A DNA stretch of 64,000 bases, taken from positions 10,155 to 74,154 of the forward strand of contig JAFPZP010000010.1 of NCBI GenBank assembly GCA_017417215.1, given 5' to 3'. How positions within the stretch are numbered: position 1 is the stretch's first letter; each line of letters opens with the position of its first letter. This document shows positions 25,431 through 35,123 of the stretch, one piece after another. The DNA is from Candidatus Rifleibacteriota bacterium (GTDB lineage: Bacteria > Muiribacteriota > Ozemobacteria > Ozemobacterales > Ozemobacteraceae). A model generated the notes under the pieces. It was not told the origin of the DNA. It was given only the letters and a program-made list of their open reading frames with translations, and ran no database searches. The position numbers and the translations under genes were made by a program.

Positions 25431-26816
25431 TTAGAACCCCTTGATATCACGTCCAAGCTTACCAACAGCTAACTGATAAGCAAGTCTTGCATTATGATGA
25501 TTAAAAATAGCCTGCAAATATATTAGTTTTGCATTAGACCAGGCATTTTCTGCATCGAACAAGTCTATCTGAGTAAAAAGACCGTTTTCATAACGAACCT
25601 TAGCCAATCTTAAAGTTTCTTCTGCCTGCTTCAAGTTTTCTTTCTGAGAAGCCAATACTTCAATTGCAGTCTGAAGACTTAAAGCAGCTCTATAAACTTC
25701 CAGTTCAGTATTTTCTAAGCTTTCATTATAGTTATTTTCAGCTTCTTTAATACCTGCTTTTGCATCTTTTACCTTACTTTTTGTAAGGCTAGCATCCATT
25801 ATAGGCATACTTAAAGCCAAGGTTGCATTCCAGGTATCATCGGCATTTCTACCACTTGCCAATCTGGAAGAAGGCTTATCATAACCCCATTGAGCACTTA
25901 AAACAACTGAAGGTTTCCCACCGCTTCTTGCTGCAACTAATGATTGATCAGCAATTTTTCTTCTAGCTCTGGAAATTTTCAAATCTTCGCGAAGATTAAC
26001 AGCATTTGCTAAATCTTCTTCTACATTTGGATTTATTTCTTCAATTTCGAGTTTTGCTGTTGTATTTAGTTCAGTGTCCATAGGAAGGGACAGAAGCTTT
26101 AACAATGAAAGTTTTGCCATTACAGCATCATTTTTATTGCTAAGATAGGAACTTTTGTATTGAGCTAATCTAACATCGGCACGAAGTAATTCATATTTAG
26201 AAGTTTGTTCTGCCTGGAATCTTTTGTTTACCAAATCGTAGTGAGCTTGAGCAAGATCCAAATCCATCTTACCTACATTTTCAACTTCACGAGCATAAAG
26301 CCAGTTGTAATAAGCTCTGCTTACAGACATTATTATGTTTTGCTTTGTTAATGTCTGAGAAGATTTTGCAATATCTCTACCAAGACGAGCAGAAGTAATA
26401 CCAGCTCTATCAGCCTGACCAAGATAAATAGGCTGAGTAAGTCTTATATGAGAACCATTCACATCATCAATTGTTGCATTCTTAACACCGCGCTGCTGAC
26501 CGTCTTCAAGTTTTGTCTGAGTAACTTCTGCTGTTACTTTAGCACTAGCAGCGGTTCTTGCCTGCCAAACAGCAGCATCAGCTTTTTCAACACTGGTAGC
26601 AGCATTTTTAATGGTCCTATTGCTGTTAAGAGCAATTTCTAATGCTGAGTCAAGATCGAAGTCCGAGAAATTATATTCTTTTTCAGCAATTTCTTTTGGA
26701 TCTTCTATAGGATTCAAATCCTTATCTAAGGCTTGAATCTTATAATCCTGAGCATATGATGGCCCTGCGACCAACAAAGCTAATAAAAACAGAGCAGATA
26801 ACTTTGATTTATACAT
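25431..26816 (-). CDS. TolC-like outer-membrane efflux protein
   Basis: Signal peptide and a two-fold repeated coiled-coil/beta architecture with the expected length (461 aa). It is first in the efflux operon after the regulator. Confidence 0.75.
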   Translation of the reverse strand: MYKSKLSALFLLALLVAGPSYAQDYKIQALDKDLNPIEDPKEIAEKEYNFSDFDLDSALEIALNSNRTIKNAATSVEKADAAVWQARTAASAKVTAEVTQTKLEDGQQRGVKNATIDDVNGSHIRLTQPIYLGQADRAGITSARLGRDIAKSSQTLTKQNIIMSVSRAYYNWLYAREVENVGKMDLDLAQAHYDLVNKRFQAEQTSKYELLRADVRLAQYKSSYLSNKNDAVMAKLSLLKLLSLPMDTELNTTAKLEIEEINPNVEEDLANAVNLREDLKISRARRKIADQSLVAARSGGKPSVVLSAQWGYDKPSSRLASGRNADDTWNATLALSMPIMDASLTKSKVKDAKAGIKEAENNYNESLENTELEVYRAALSLQTAIEVLASQKENLKQAEETLRLAKVRYENGLFTQIDLFDAENAWSNAKLIYLQAIFNHHNARLAYQLAVGKLGRDIKGF

Positions 26817-26819
26817 TGA

Positions 26820-27404
26820 TTACTCCTGTCTGAAAAAAGTCTTTTTAAAAAAATTATAACAATCTTCAGCGCTCATTTCTGGTTCGCCATAAAAGGCAAA
26901 TAAAACGTTGAAGTCAAACATTTTCTGGAAAATGATTGCAATTTGTCTTGAGGTTACAGAATTGATTAGAACCCCTTCATCTATACCTCTTTGGAAGAAT
27001 TTAGAACTTTCGTTTAAGCCATTTTGAAACATTTGTCTTGCTTTATTAATGTCTGTATCAGAAAGTTTAAGTCTGGGCATTAAAGATAAAATTCCTTGAA
27101 TCAAAGGAGATTTTGCTTTAAAGAAGGCATACATATAATTAAAAACTTCTGGCAAAATCTTTTTAAAATCTTTATCTGAATTTATGACTTCAGAAAACCC
27201 TTTTTGATGTTCTTCGACATTATGGGTTAGGCATTGAAACAGCAAATCTTCTTTACTTTTAAAGTATGTGTAAATAGTGCCTTTGCCGACTCCAGCTTTT
27301 TTAGCAATTTCTTCCATTTTTACGTCATGGAAGTCTTTTTCAGAAAACAAATTTTCCGCAGAGTCATAAATTCGGCTCATTGTTTGTTCGTTTTTCTTTT
27401 GCAT
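26820..27404 (-). CDS. TetR/AcrR-family transcriptional regulator
   Basis: N-terminal HTH EIAKKAGVGKGTIYTYFKSKEDLL. Confidence 0.8.
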   Translation of the reverse strand: MQKKNEQTMSRIYDSAENLFSEKDFHDVKMEEIAKKAGVGKGTIYTYFKSKEDLLFQCLTHNVEEHQKGFSEVINSDKDFKKILPEVFNYMYAFFKAKSPLIQGILSLMPRLKLSDTDINKARQMFQNGLNESSKFFQRGIDEGVLINSVTSRQIAIIFQKMFDFNVLFAFYGEPEMSAEDCYNFFKKTFFRQE

Positions 27405-27448
27405 TAAACTTGCCTACCTTAAAGACTTTAAATCGGTTTTTGAGTATG

Positions 27449-27490
27449 CCGACCAATGGGTCGAGAATATAAACTGACCCACGAGTCAGT
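27449..27490. promoter_or_regulatory. Two short palindromes sharing a GACCCA/TGGGTC core, immediately upstream of the TetR-efflux operon; a candidate operator
   Basis: cgaccaatgggtcg at 27450-27463 and actgacccacgagtcagt at 27473-27490. They lie 45-86 nt upstream of the tetR start. Confidence 0.35.
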
Positions 27491-27923
27491 TTTACCTTAT
27501 AATAAGCAATAAGTCAATACTAAAAATATAAAAAAATATTAAGCTAAAAAACTCATAATTAGCCTATTTTGAATTAGTCTAACTTCAAAGGTGAATGTAC
27601 ATTTTTTGGGCAATAAAATGTATAAAAATAATACAGAAGTTATTTATATAAAAACCATTTGATTTGAAGTAATTCTGCAAAAAAAACAGTAATTATAAAT
27701 ATTGGTTGAGTATATTTAGTTAACAAAAGTTTACTCTTTCTTTTGGCTATGTCTATTTGCTGGCTTGATATAAATATCAAGTTAAACAATTCTAATTCCT
27801 AACTCCTAATTCTTAATTCTAAATAATTTCCCCTCTTTATTACTAATAATAATTTGTGGTAGTATCAGAAAAAAAGTTTTAGAAGCCGAGACAATAAAAA
27901 CTATTCAAGAGGCAAAACAAATT

Positions 27924-29285
27924 ATGGATATTAAAGGGAAAAAGATAGCGATAATCGGTGCTGCAAAAAGTGGTCTTGCAGCAGCAAAAACTCTTTATGA
28001 AGGTGGTGCAAAGATTTTTATTTCAGATATTCAGTCTGAAGAAAAACTCAAAGCTACACTTATAAAAGAAAATTTACTAGATAATGTTTCATATGAATCA
28101 AACGGAAACACTGATAAAGTATTGGATTCTGATTTTATAGTATTGAGTCCAGGGGTCAGACCCGACATACCTGTATTGGTAAAAGCGACCGAAAAGCATA
28201 TTCCCATATATTCAGAAATAGAAATTGCCTACAGACTTTCAAAAGGTAGGAGGCTTGTAGTAACAGGCAGTAATGGAAAAACTACAACCACTACATTGCT
28301 TTCGTTGTTTTGTAGAGAACAATTCGACAAGGTTTTCTTAGGTGGCAACATCGGTATACCTATGATGAGCTTTGCTAGACAAACAACATATGATTCCGTT
28401 CAGGTTCTTGAAGTAAGCAGTTTCCAGCTTGAAACCATTTGTGATTTCAGACCAGATATAGGTATTATCACTAACTTCTTCGAAAATCATCTGGACAGAT
28501 ATCCTAATTATAAAGCTTATATAGATGCTAAAAAGAATATTGCTTTAAATATGGGGCCCAATCAGTGTTTGATTTTAAATGCTGACCAACAGCTTATGTT
28601 GGAGATGGAACCTGCTTTAAAGTGTAAAACAGCCTGGTTTGGTCGTGATATAAAAGATAAAAAGCCGGCGGTAACTATTAAGAACAATAATTATGTGTAT
28701 ATCAACGCTAATGGTGATGAAACCACTCTGTTTAATATAAATTCACCGAAATTAATAGGCAGCCATAATCAGGAAAACATTATGTGTGCTTCTTTAGCTG
28801 CTATTCTTGCCGGAGTCGAACCAAAACGTCTTGAAAAAGTTGTTAAAGAGTTTTCTGGTGTAGAGCATAGATTAGAATGGGTCAGGGAAGTTAGTGGAAT
28901 TAATTTTATTAATGACTCTAAGGGAACGAACTGTGCCGCTTCTATTACTGCTCTTAAAGCTTGTAAAATGCCTCTGATTCTAATTGCTGGCGGAAGAGAC
29001 AAGGGCACGGATTTAACTGAATGGGTTGAAACCATTAGACAGACTGCACGTGGAGTAATCCTGTTTGGAGAAGCTAAAGATCGCTTTAGAGTAGCATTAG
29101 AAGGGGTTGTTCCGTTAAAAACAGCTCAAAATCTAGAACAATCTGTAAATATTGCTTATCAGTGGGCAGATGCGGGAGATACTGTTCTGCTTTCTCCAGC
29201 TTGTAGTAGTTATGACCAATATCCAAATTTTGAAGTTCGTGGTCAACATTTCAAAGAATTAGTTAATAAACTTTCCAGCAAATGA
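27924..29285 (+). CDS. murD: UDP-N-acetylmuramoyl-L-alanine--D-glutamate ligase
   Basis: The N-terminal Rossmann GAAKSGLAAAKTL and the Mur ligase P-loop VTGSNGKTTTTTLL are present. It is followed by ftsW. Confidence 0.85.
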   Translation: MDIKGKKIAIIGAAKSGLAAAKTLYEGGAKIFISDIQSEEKLKATLIKENLLDNVSYESNGNTDKVLDSDFIVLSPGVRPDIPVLVKATEKHIPIYSEIEIAYRLSKGRRLVVTGSNGKTTTTTLLSLFCREQFDKVFLGGNIGIPMMSFARQTTYDSVQVLEVSSFQLETICDFRPDIGIITNFFENHLDRYPNYKAYIDAKKNIALNMGPNQCLILNADQQLMLEMEPALKCKTAWFGRDIKDKKPAVTIKNNNYVYINANGDETTLFNINSPKLIGSHNQENIMCASLAAILAGVEPKRLEKVVKEFSGVEHRLEWVREVSGINFINDSKGTNCAASITALKACKMPLILIAGGRDKGTDLTEWVETIRQTARGVILFGEAKDRFRVALEGVVPLKTAQNLEQSVNIAYQWADAGDTVLLSPACSSYDQYPNFEVRGQHFKELVNKLSSK

Positions 29286-30466
29286 TAAAAAAGCCGGCAC
29301 AATTTGATCATATTTTGCTTTTTGTAGTAGTCGCTCTTATGGGAGTTGGACTGGTAATGGTTTATTCTGCCAGTTCTATTACTTCTTTGGCTCAGATGTC
29401 TGACGGGCTCTATTATTTCAAGCGTCAGTTGATGTGGGTAATAATAGGTCTTGTGGCAATGCTTTTGACTTCAGGTATTTCGTATAACAAGCTAGAGAAA
29501 ATATCTGTTCCTCTTTTAGGAATAGCAATAGTTTTATTGGCGATTGTTTTGATTCCTGGGGTGGCAAGAGATATTGGTGGTGCAAAAAGATGGATACGTT
29601 TTGGCAGTATAGGTTTCCAGCCTTCTGAATTTGCAAAGATGTGCTTTGTATTATATATGGCACATTCTATCTCTGCACGACAAAAAGTAATTAAAAGCTT
29701 TCTATACGGGATGTTGCCAGACTTATTTGTTACAGGTATCGTTTTCTTGTTAATTTATAGCGAACCGAATCTTTCAACCGCTTCTTTGATTTTAGGAACC
29801 TACTTTACCATGTATTTTTTAGGCAATGGTTCTCTGCTTAATCTTGGCTCTTTGGCTGGATGTGGTTTGGTTTTGGTTACTTCTCTTATATTCCAGGCAA
29901 GCTATAGAATGAAACGTTTCTGGGCTTTTATTGACCCATGGGAAAATGCTAAAACAAGTGGTTATCATATTATACAATCTTTGGTAGCTATTGGCTCTGG
30001 CGGAATATGGGGCTTAGGTCTTGGTCAAAGCCGACAGAAATTCTTTATTCTTCCCGAAAGACACACTGACTTTATTTTTGCCATAACCTGCGAAGAATTA
30101 GGGTTAGTAGGTGGAATAGCTGTTTTGATTCTTTTCTTTATTCTTATATGGAGAGGATTATACATTGCATCCAGAGCACCAAATACCTTTGGTTTCCTTA
30201 CTGCAGCAGGAATTACAACTGTTATTGGCCTGCAAATTATTGTTAACATCGGTGTTGTTCTAAGTTTAATGCCAACTACAGGTGTTACTTTGCCCTTTAT
30301 AAGTTACGGTGGTTCAAGTACTTTGTTTTTGGCAATAGGTGTAGGAATACTTCTTAATATTTCACGATATGGTTCTCAAGAAAATCTTTACGAAAATTCA
30401 AGGTCTATTCCATTTTCTAGTCAGTTTAACAACCCGGAACCAGCAAACAATCTTAGGAGAAAATAA
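29282..30466 (+). CDS. ftsW: FtsW/RodA/SpoVE-family (SEDS) peptidoglycan glycosyltransferase
   Basis: A 10-TM profile with conserved SEDS segments (PSEFAKMCFVLY, LPFISYGGSS). It sits between murD and murG. Confidence 0.85.
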   Translation: MIKKPAQFDHILLFVVVALMGVGLVMVYSASSITSLAQMSDGLYYFKRQLMWVIIGLVAMLLTSGISYNKLEKISVPLLGIAIVLLAIVLIPGVARDIGGAKRWIRFGSIGFQPSEFAKMCFVLYMAHSISARQKVIKSFLYGMLPDLFVTGIVFLLIYSEPNLSTASLILGTYFTMYFLGNGSLLNLGSLAGCGLVLVTSLIFQASYRMKRFWAFIDPWENAKTSGYHIIQSLVAIGSGGIWGLGLGQSRQKFFILPERHTDFIFAITCEELGLVGGIAVLILFFILIWRGLYIASRAPNTFGFLTAAGITTVIGLQIIVNIGVVLSLMPTTGVTLPFISYGGSSTLFLAIGVGILLNISRYGSQENLYENSRSIPFSSQFNNPEPANNLRRK

Positions 30467-30471
30467 TAAAA

Positions 30472-31563
30472 ATGCGTATTATATTCAGTGGTGGTGGAAC
30501 AGGTGGTCATATATATCCAGCCTTAGCAATACGTGAAATATTACTAAAGAAATATGTTTTTGAAAGTGGCTATGTCGGCGTTATAGGCGGCATGGAAGAA
30601 AAGATTGTTTCAAGAGTAGATAATGTTAAATTTATGGGCGTTAGAGCACAAGGAATGCCTAGAACTATTTCTCCAAAATGGTTTACATTCCCATTTGTCA
30701 ATGCAATGGGAATTATAGATGCTTTAAGACATCTCAAATCATTCAAGCCAGATTTGGTTGTTGCAACAGGTGGTTTTGTTTCCTTCCCGACTTTAACTGC
30801 TGCTAAAATACTTGGAATACCTGCTGTAATTCATGAACAGAACGCTGCTATGGGCGTTACCAATAGAATTTTTGCTAAAAATGCTGCAAAAGTTCTGCTG
30901 ACATATGAAACGGCGGCAAAAACAGATGATAAAAAAGTCATTCTTACAGGGAATCCTGTTAGAAGTGCATTTTTAGAACAGAAACCTAAGGCAGACTCAA
31001 AGTTTAAGAAAAAAGACGGTGAATTCATTCTTTTATCTGTTGGCGGTTCCAGAGGCGCTTTATCTATAAACAAAGCCTGTATCGAACTTGCTAACGAATG
31101 GTTGCCTCAACATCCAGAAGTTAGACTTATACATATTTCTGGCGAAAGAGACTATGAAATGGTCGACAAATCTATTGCAAACAAGCCTGCAAACTATCAG
31201 CTTCTTCCTTATCTGCACGAAATGAAAGAAGCTTTCGATGTGGCAGATTTGTTGATATCTAGAGCAGGGGCCACAATTCTTTCAGAAATAGCTGTATGTA
31301 AAAAGCCGGCTATACTTATTCCTTACCCCTACGCAACAGATAATCATCAGGAAAAGAACGCCAGGGCACTGGAAAAATTAGGCGCTGCTAAGGTTCTTTT
31401 AGACAAGGATTTGAATAAAGACAGTCTTGTTAAGCTGATTTCTGAAGTTCAACAGGGTGATAATACTGCGAAAATGGCTGAAGCAATGGGAAAAAGTCGC
31501 CCAGAAGATGTTGAAGATAGAATTTTGAAACAGATTGAAGAGGTCATAGAGCACAGAGCATAG
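30472..31563 (+). CDS. murG: UDP-N-acetylglucosamine--N-acetylmuramyl-(pentapeptide) pyrophosphoryl-undecaprenol N-acetylglucosamine transferase
   Basis: The N-terminus IFSGGGTGGHIYPALAI and the C-terminal glycosyltransferase motif are present. Confidence 0.85.
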   Translation: MRIIFSGGGTGGHIYPALAIREILLKKYVFESGYVGVIGGMEEKIVSRVDNVKFMGVRAQGMPRTISPKWFTFPFVNAMGIIDALRHLKSFKPDLVVATGGFVSFPTLTAAKILGIPAVIHEQNAAMGVTNRIFAKNAAKVLLTYETAAKTDDKKVILTGNPVRSAFLEQKPKADSKFKKKDGEFILLSVGGSRGALSINKACIELANEWLPQHPEVRLIHISGERDYEMVDKSIANKPANYQLLPYLHEMKEAFDVADLLISRAGATILSEIAVCKKPAILIPYPYATDNHQEKNARALEKLGAAKVLLDKDLNKDSLVKLISEVQQGDNTAKMAEAMGKSRPEDVEDRILKQIEEVIEHRA

Positions 31564-31636
31564 AATATAGAGTAATAGAGCTTGGGGGAAACCTAAAAAA
31601 GGCACTTGTACTGATTACAATCTAGTGTTATTATAA

Positions 31637-32578
31637 TTGAGTATGTCTTTTTTCAATAAAAAAAAATATGATGATGAAGAGCAGGTATATTTACCTGTTA
31701 AAAGCATAAGCACTCAACTTCCAGACCAGACTCTGTCTGAAGATGTTGAGGATAAACTTCGCGCCAAAAACTATAAAAGCCGTTTTCATGAAGCTTCTAA
31801 AGTTATTGTTCCGTTAAGAGTTATAGCCTTTATACTTATATTTATATCTCTTTCATATTTAATAATAACCCAGCTAAGATATATTTTCTTTTCTACATCA
31901 TATTTTGAATTAAAAGAATTTCAAGTAACAGGCAATTCAACTCTGAGTCAGGATTATATAATAAAGAAATCAGGTATAGCTCCTGCACAGCACATCTTTT
32001 CTCTTGATTGCGAAGAAGTAAAACAAAGATTGTTGAATGAACCTCTAATAAAAGATGCTAGTGTGGAACTCCAGGGTTTGAATACACTAAAAATCAATAT
32101 CACCGAAAGACACCCTTTTATATATGCCAAATGCGGTATAGCTTTTTATGAAGTTAGCGAAGATGGCGTTATAATCAATACTGAAGGAATGGGTGAAAAA
32201 GATTTACCGATAATAACAGGTTTAAAATTAGAAGAATCAACATTAGGAACATCGATTGCACATAATGATGATTTTTATATGGCAAAAAGTTGGGTAAAAA
32301 CTTTCGATGAAAATATTTTAAAACAAATTTCTGAAATCAACTTTTCTAAATGTCAAAATCCGTATATAATAATGCTTACAGGAGAAAAAATCTTCCCTAG
32401 AAATGCGGAAGATTTTAAAAATAGATACGTTTTTTTGCGTGCACTCCTTGACAATTTACGCAAGAATAATGTAGAACCTTTTTACTTAGATATGAGGGCA
32501 CTGAATGATATAGTTATTCGTCCTCAAAAAATATCGCAAACAAATTCTGAAAATAGAGGTCTAACAACTGGTGGATGA
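31637..32578 (+). CDS. ftsQ: FtsQ/DivIB-like cell-division protein (POTRA domain)
   Basis: A single TM (VIAFILIFISLSYLIITQL) is followed by the POTRA-like segment FELKEFQVTGNSTLSQDYII. It sits directly upstream of ftsA. Confidence 0.6.
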   Translation: MSMSFFNKKKYDDEEQVYLPVKSISTQLPDQTLSEDVEDKLRAKNYKSRFHEASKVIVPLRVIAFILIFISLSYLIITQLRYIFFSTSYFELKEFQVTGNSTLSQDYIIKKSGIAPAQHIFSLDCEEVKQRLLNEPLIKDASVELQGLNTLKINITERHPFIYAKCGIAFYEVSEDGVIINTEGMGEKDLPIITGLKLEESTLGTSIAHNDDFYMAKSWVKTFDENILKQISEINFSKCQNPYIIMLTGEKIFPRNAEDFKNRYVFLRALLDNLRKNNVEPFYLDMRALNDIVIRPQKISQTNSENRGLTTGG

Positions 32579-33800
32579 TATAATTGTCGGTCTAGACATA
32601 GGCACTACTAAGGTTTGTGCTGTAATAGGTGAATTAAAAGAAGATCGCACAATCAATGTATTGGGAGCAGGTTCCTGTTCATATACAGATGGTGTCAAAA
32701 AGGGCTCTATTGTTGACATAAAATGCACTACAGAAGCTATTGTGTATGCTATAGAAGAAGCAGAAAAATCAGTTGATGTTTCTATAGATTCAGTGTATGT
32801 GGGTATTGCTGGTGCACACATTAATTCTATGAACAGCAAAGGTGCTATAGCAATTAAAGGTGCAAACAACGAAATCACTTCTGAAGACGTTGACAGAGCT
32901 GTAGATAATGCGAAAACCGCAGTTCAGATTTCAGCTACTCACGAAATAATACACATATTGCCTAGAGAATTTGTTGTTGACGAACAAAGAGAAATAAGCA
33001 ACCCTAAAGGCATGGTAGGAAGCAGATTAGAAGCTCATGTCCATATTATAACAGGTGCAGTTACATCAATAAAGAATTTGATGAAAAGCTGCGAAATGGC
33101 AAAACTTAACGTGGAAGAAGTTGTTTTGACTCAATATGCTTCAAGTCTATCTGCTTTAACAGAAGATGAACGTCGTCTTGGCGTTGTTCTTCTTGATATG
33201 GGTGGTGGAACAACAGATTTGATTGTGTATAAAAACGGGCACGTTGAATACTCTAGCAGTATTGATATAGCTGGTAGTAGCATAACTAACGACATTGCAT
33301 TTGTTTTAAAGACTTCAACAGATAAAGCTGAAGAATTAAAAATAAATGAAGGCGTTGCTCAAATTGATTTGGCTGATGAACAAGTCAATATTGATGTTCC
33401 TGTTGCTGGTGGAGAAAAAATTAAAACTATTACACAAACCTATTTGGCTGAAATAATAGAAAGTCGTATGGACGAAATTTTCAGATTGGCTAAGACCAAG
33501 ATTGAAGAAGTTGTTCCTCTAAATTCTCTTCCTGCTGGAATAGTCTTGACTGGCGGTTCTTCTCTGTTAAAAGGTTGCACAGAACTAGCTGAAGGAATAT
33601 TTGGAGTTCCTGTCAGAATAGGTAATCCAATTCAGATTAGTGGGTTAAAAGAACAGGTATGCAAACCTCAATATTCTACTGCACTGGGTTTGATTAGATA
33701 TGGTGCACAAAATTACAGGGAACCGACAAGACAATCAGGCTTTGTTGGTGGATTTTTTGAAAAAATTAAAAATTTTTTCGCTAAGTTCTTTACGGATTAA
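32571..33800 (+). CDS. ftsA: Cell-division protein FtsA
   Basis: Actin-like ATPase motifs are present (VGLDIGTTKVCAV, LLDMGGGTTDL, GIVLTGGSS). Confidence 0.85.
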   Translation: MDDIIVGLDIGTTKVCAVIGELKEDRTINVLGAGSCSYTDGVKKGSIVDIKCTTEAIVYAIEEAEKSVDVSIDSVYVGIAGAHINSMNSKGAIAIKGANNEITSEDVDRAVDNAKTAVQISATHEIIHILPREFVVDEQREISNPKGMVGSRLEAHVHIITGAVTSIKNLMKSCEMAKLNVEEVVLTQYASSLSALTEDERRLGVVLLDMGGGTTDLIVYKNGHVEYSSSIDIAGSSITNDIAFVLKTSTDKAEELKINEGVAQIDLADEQVNIDVPVAGGEKIKTITQTYLAEIIESRMDEIFRLAKTKIEEVVPLNSLPAGIVLTGGSSLLKGCTELAEGIFGVPVRIGNPIQISGLKEQVCKPQYSTALGLIRYGAQNYREPTRQSGFVGGFFEKIKNFFAKFFTD

Positions 33801-33869
33801 AAAATATATAGTAAATTAGCACACATATACATAAAGGTAAGTGTTTTATAAATTAGGAGGCAATGGATA

Positions 33870-35036
33870 GTGTTTGATAATGATTATATGGGTAGCGGAA
33901 GCGCTGAAATAAAGGTTATTGGCGTTGGCGGCGGCGGATCTAATGCCGTAAATAGAATGATCGAAGCCGATCTTTCCGGTGTAGAATTTATTGTAGCCAA
34001 TACGGATGCACAGGCTCTACAGAGTTCTAGTGCAAAATCAAAGATTCAATTGGGTGAAAAGATTACAAAAGGTCTTGGTGCTGGTGCAGATGCTGAAATA
34101 GGCAAAAAGGCAGCAGAAGAAGATCGTGATGAAATAGCCGAACAGTTAAAGGGTGCCGATATGGTATTCATTACTGCTGGTATGGGTGGTGGCACAGGTA
34201 CTGGTGCAGCACCTATTATTGCAGAAGTAGCCCGTGAACAGAATGCACTTACCATTGCCGTTGTAACAAAACCATTCAGCTTTGAAGGTAAGAAGAGAGC
34301 TAGTAGTGCAGAACTCGGTATCAAAAACCTCAGAGAACGCGTTGATGCTATTATCGTAGTTCCAAATGATAAGCTTATTGAAATAGCTAATGAAGAACTC
34401 ACAATGGAAGATGCTTATAGAGAAGCAGATGAAGTATTAAGACAGGGCGTTCAGGGTATCTCCGATCTTATTACAATTAATGGTGTTATCAACGTCGACT
34501 TCGCAGACGTTAAGACTATTATGAAGAGCTCTGGTTCTGCATTAATGGGTATTGGTATCGCTTCTGGTGAAAACCGTGCTGTTACTGCAGCTCAGCAGGC
34601 TATTGACAGCCCATTGTTGGAATCTTCAATTCAGGGTGCAAGAGGTGTTCTTGTAAGCATTTCTGCTTCACGCAGCCTTGGTATTATGGAAGTTAACAAA
34701 GCTATGAGCATTATCAGAGACGCTGCTGATGATGATGCTAACATTATTTTCGGTCACAATGTTAACGAAGAACTTGGTGAAAGCATTAAGATTACAGTAG
34801 TTGCTACTGGATTCGGTAAAGAAGAAAGAGCTTCTATCAGCAATAGCGGTGCAAGTCGCATATTGGATTCAGTTCGTTCAAATCGCCAAGCTGTTGAACC
34901 ACAGACAAGACCTGTTCAGCAGGTAGTTAACGCTGCACCTGTTGCAAATGACGACAGTGATATCCCAGCAATTCTTCGCAACAGCAACAGTGATGACCAC
35001 AATTTCCCAGCTTTCTTACGCAGAGGGAAAAAATAA
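33870..35036 (+). CDS. ftsZ: Cell-division GTPase FtsZ
   Basis: [14 protein letters not shown] plus the tubulin signature [10 protein letters not shown]. Confidence 0.95.
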   Translation: MFDNDYMGSGSAEIKVIGVGGGGSNAVNRMIEADLSGVEFIVANTDAQALQSSSAKSKIQLGEKITKGLGAGADAEIGKKAAEEDRDEIAEQLKGADMVFITAGMGGGTGTGAAPIIAEVAREQNALTIAVVTKPFSFEGKKRASSAELGIKNLRERVDAIIVVPNDKLIEIANEELTMEDAYREADEVLRQGVQGISDLITINGVINVDFADVKTIMKSSGSALMGIGIASGENRAVTAAQQAIDSPLLESSIQGARGVLVSISASRSLGIMEVNKAMSIIRDAADDDANIIFGHNVNEELGESIKITVVATGFGKEERASISNSGASRILDSVRSNRQAVEPQTRPVQQVVNAAPVANDDSDIPAILRNSNSDDHNFPAFLRRGKK

Positions 35037-35064
35037 TCTCTAAGATTTAGCTGATTAACAAAGA

Positions 35065-35097
35065 ACAGGGGCAGATATATCTTCCCCTGTTTTTTAT
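35065..35097 (+). terminator. Rho-independent terminator after ftsZ
   Basis: Stem acagggg with loop cagatatatctt and cccctgt, followed by tttttattta. Confidence 0.6.
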
Positions 35098-35123
35098 TTA
35101 TAAAAAAATAAAAGGAAAAGAAA

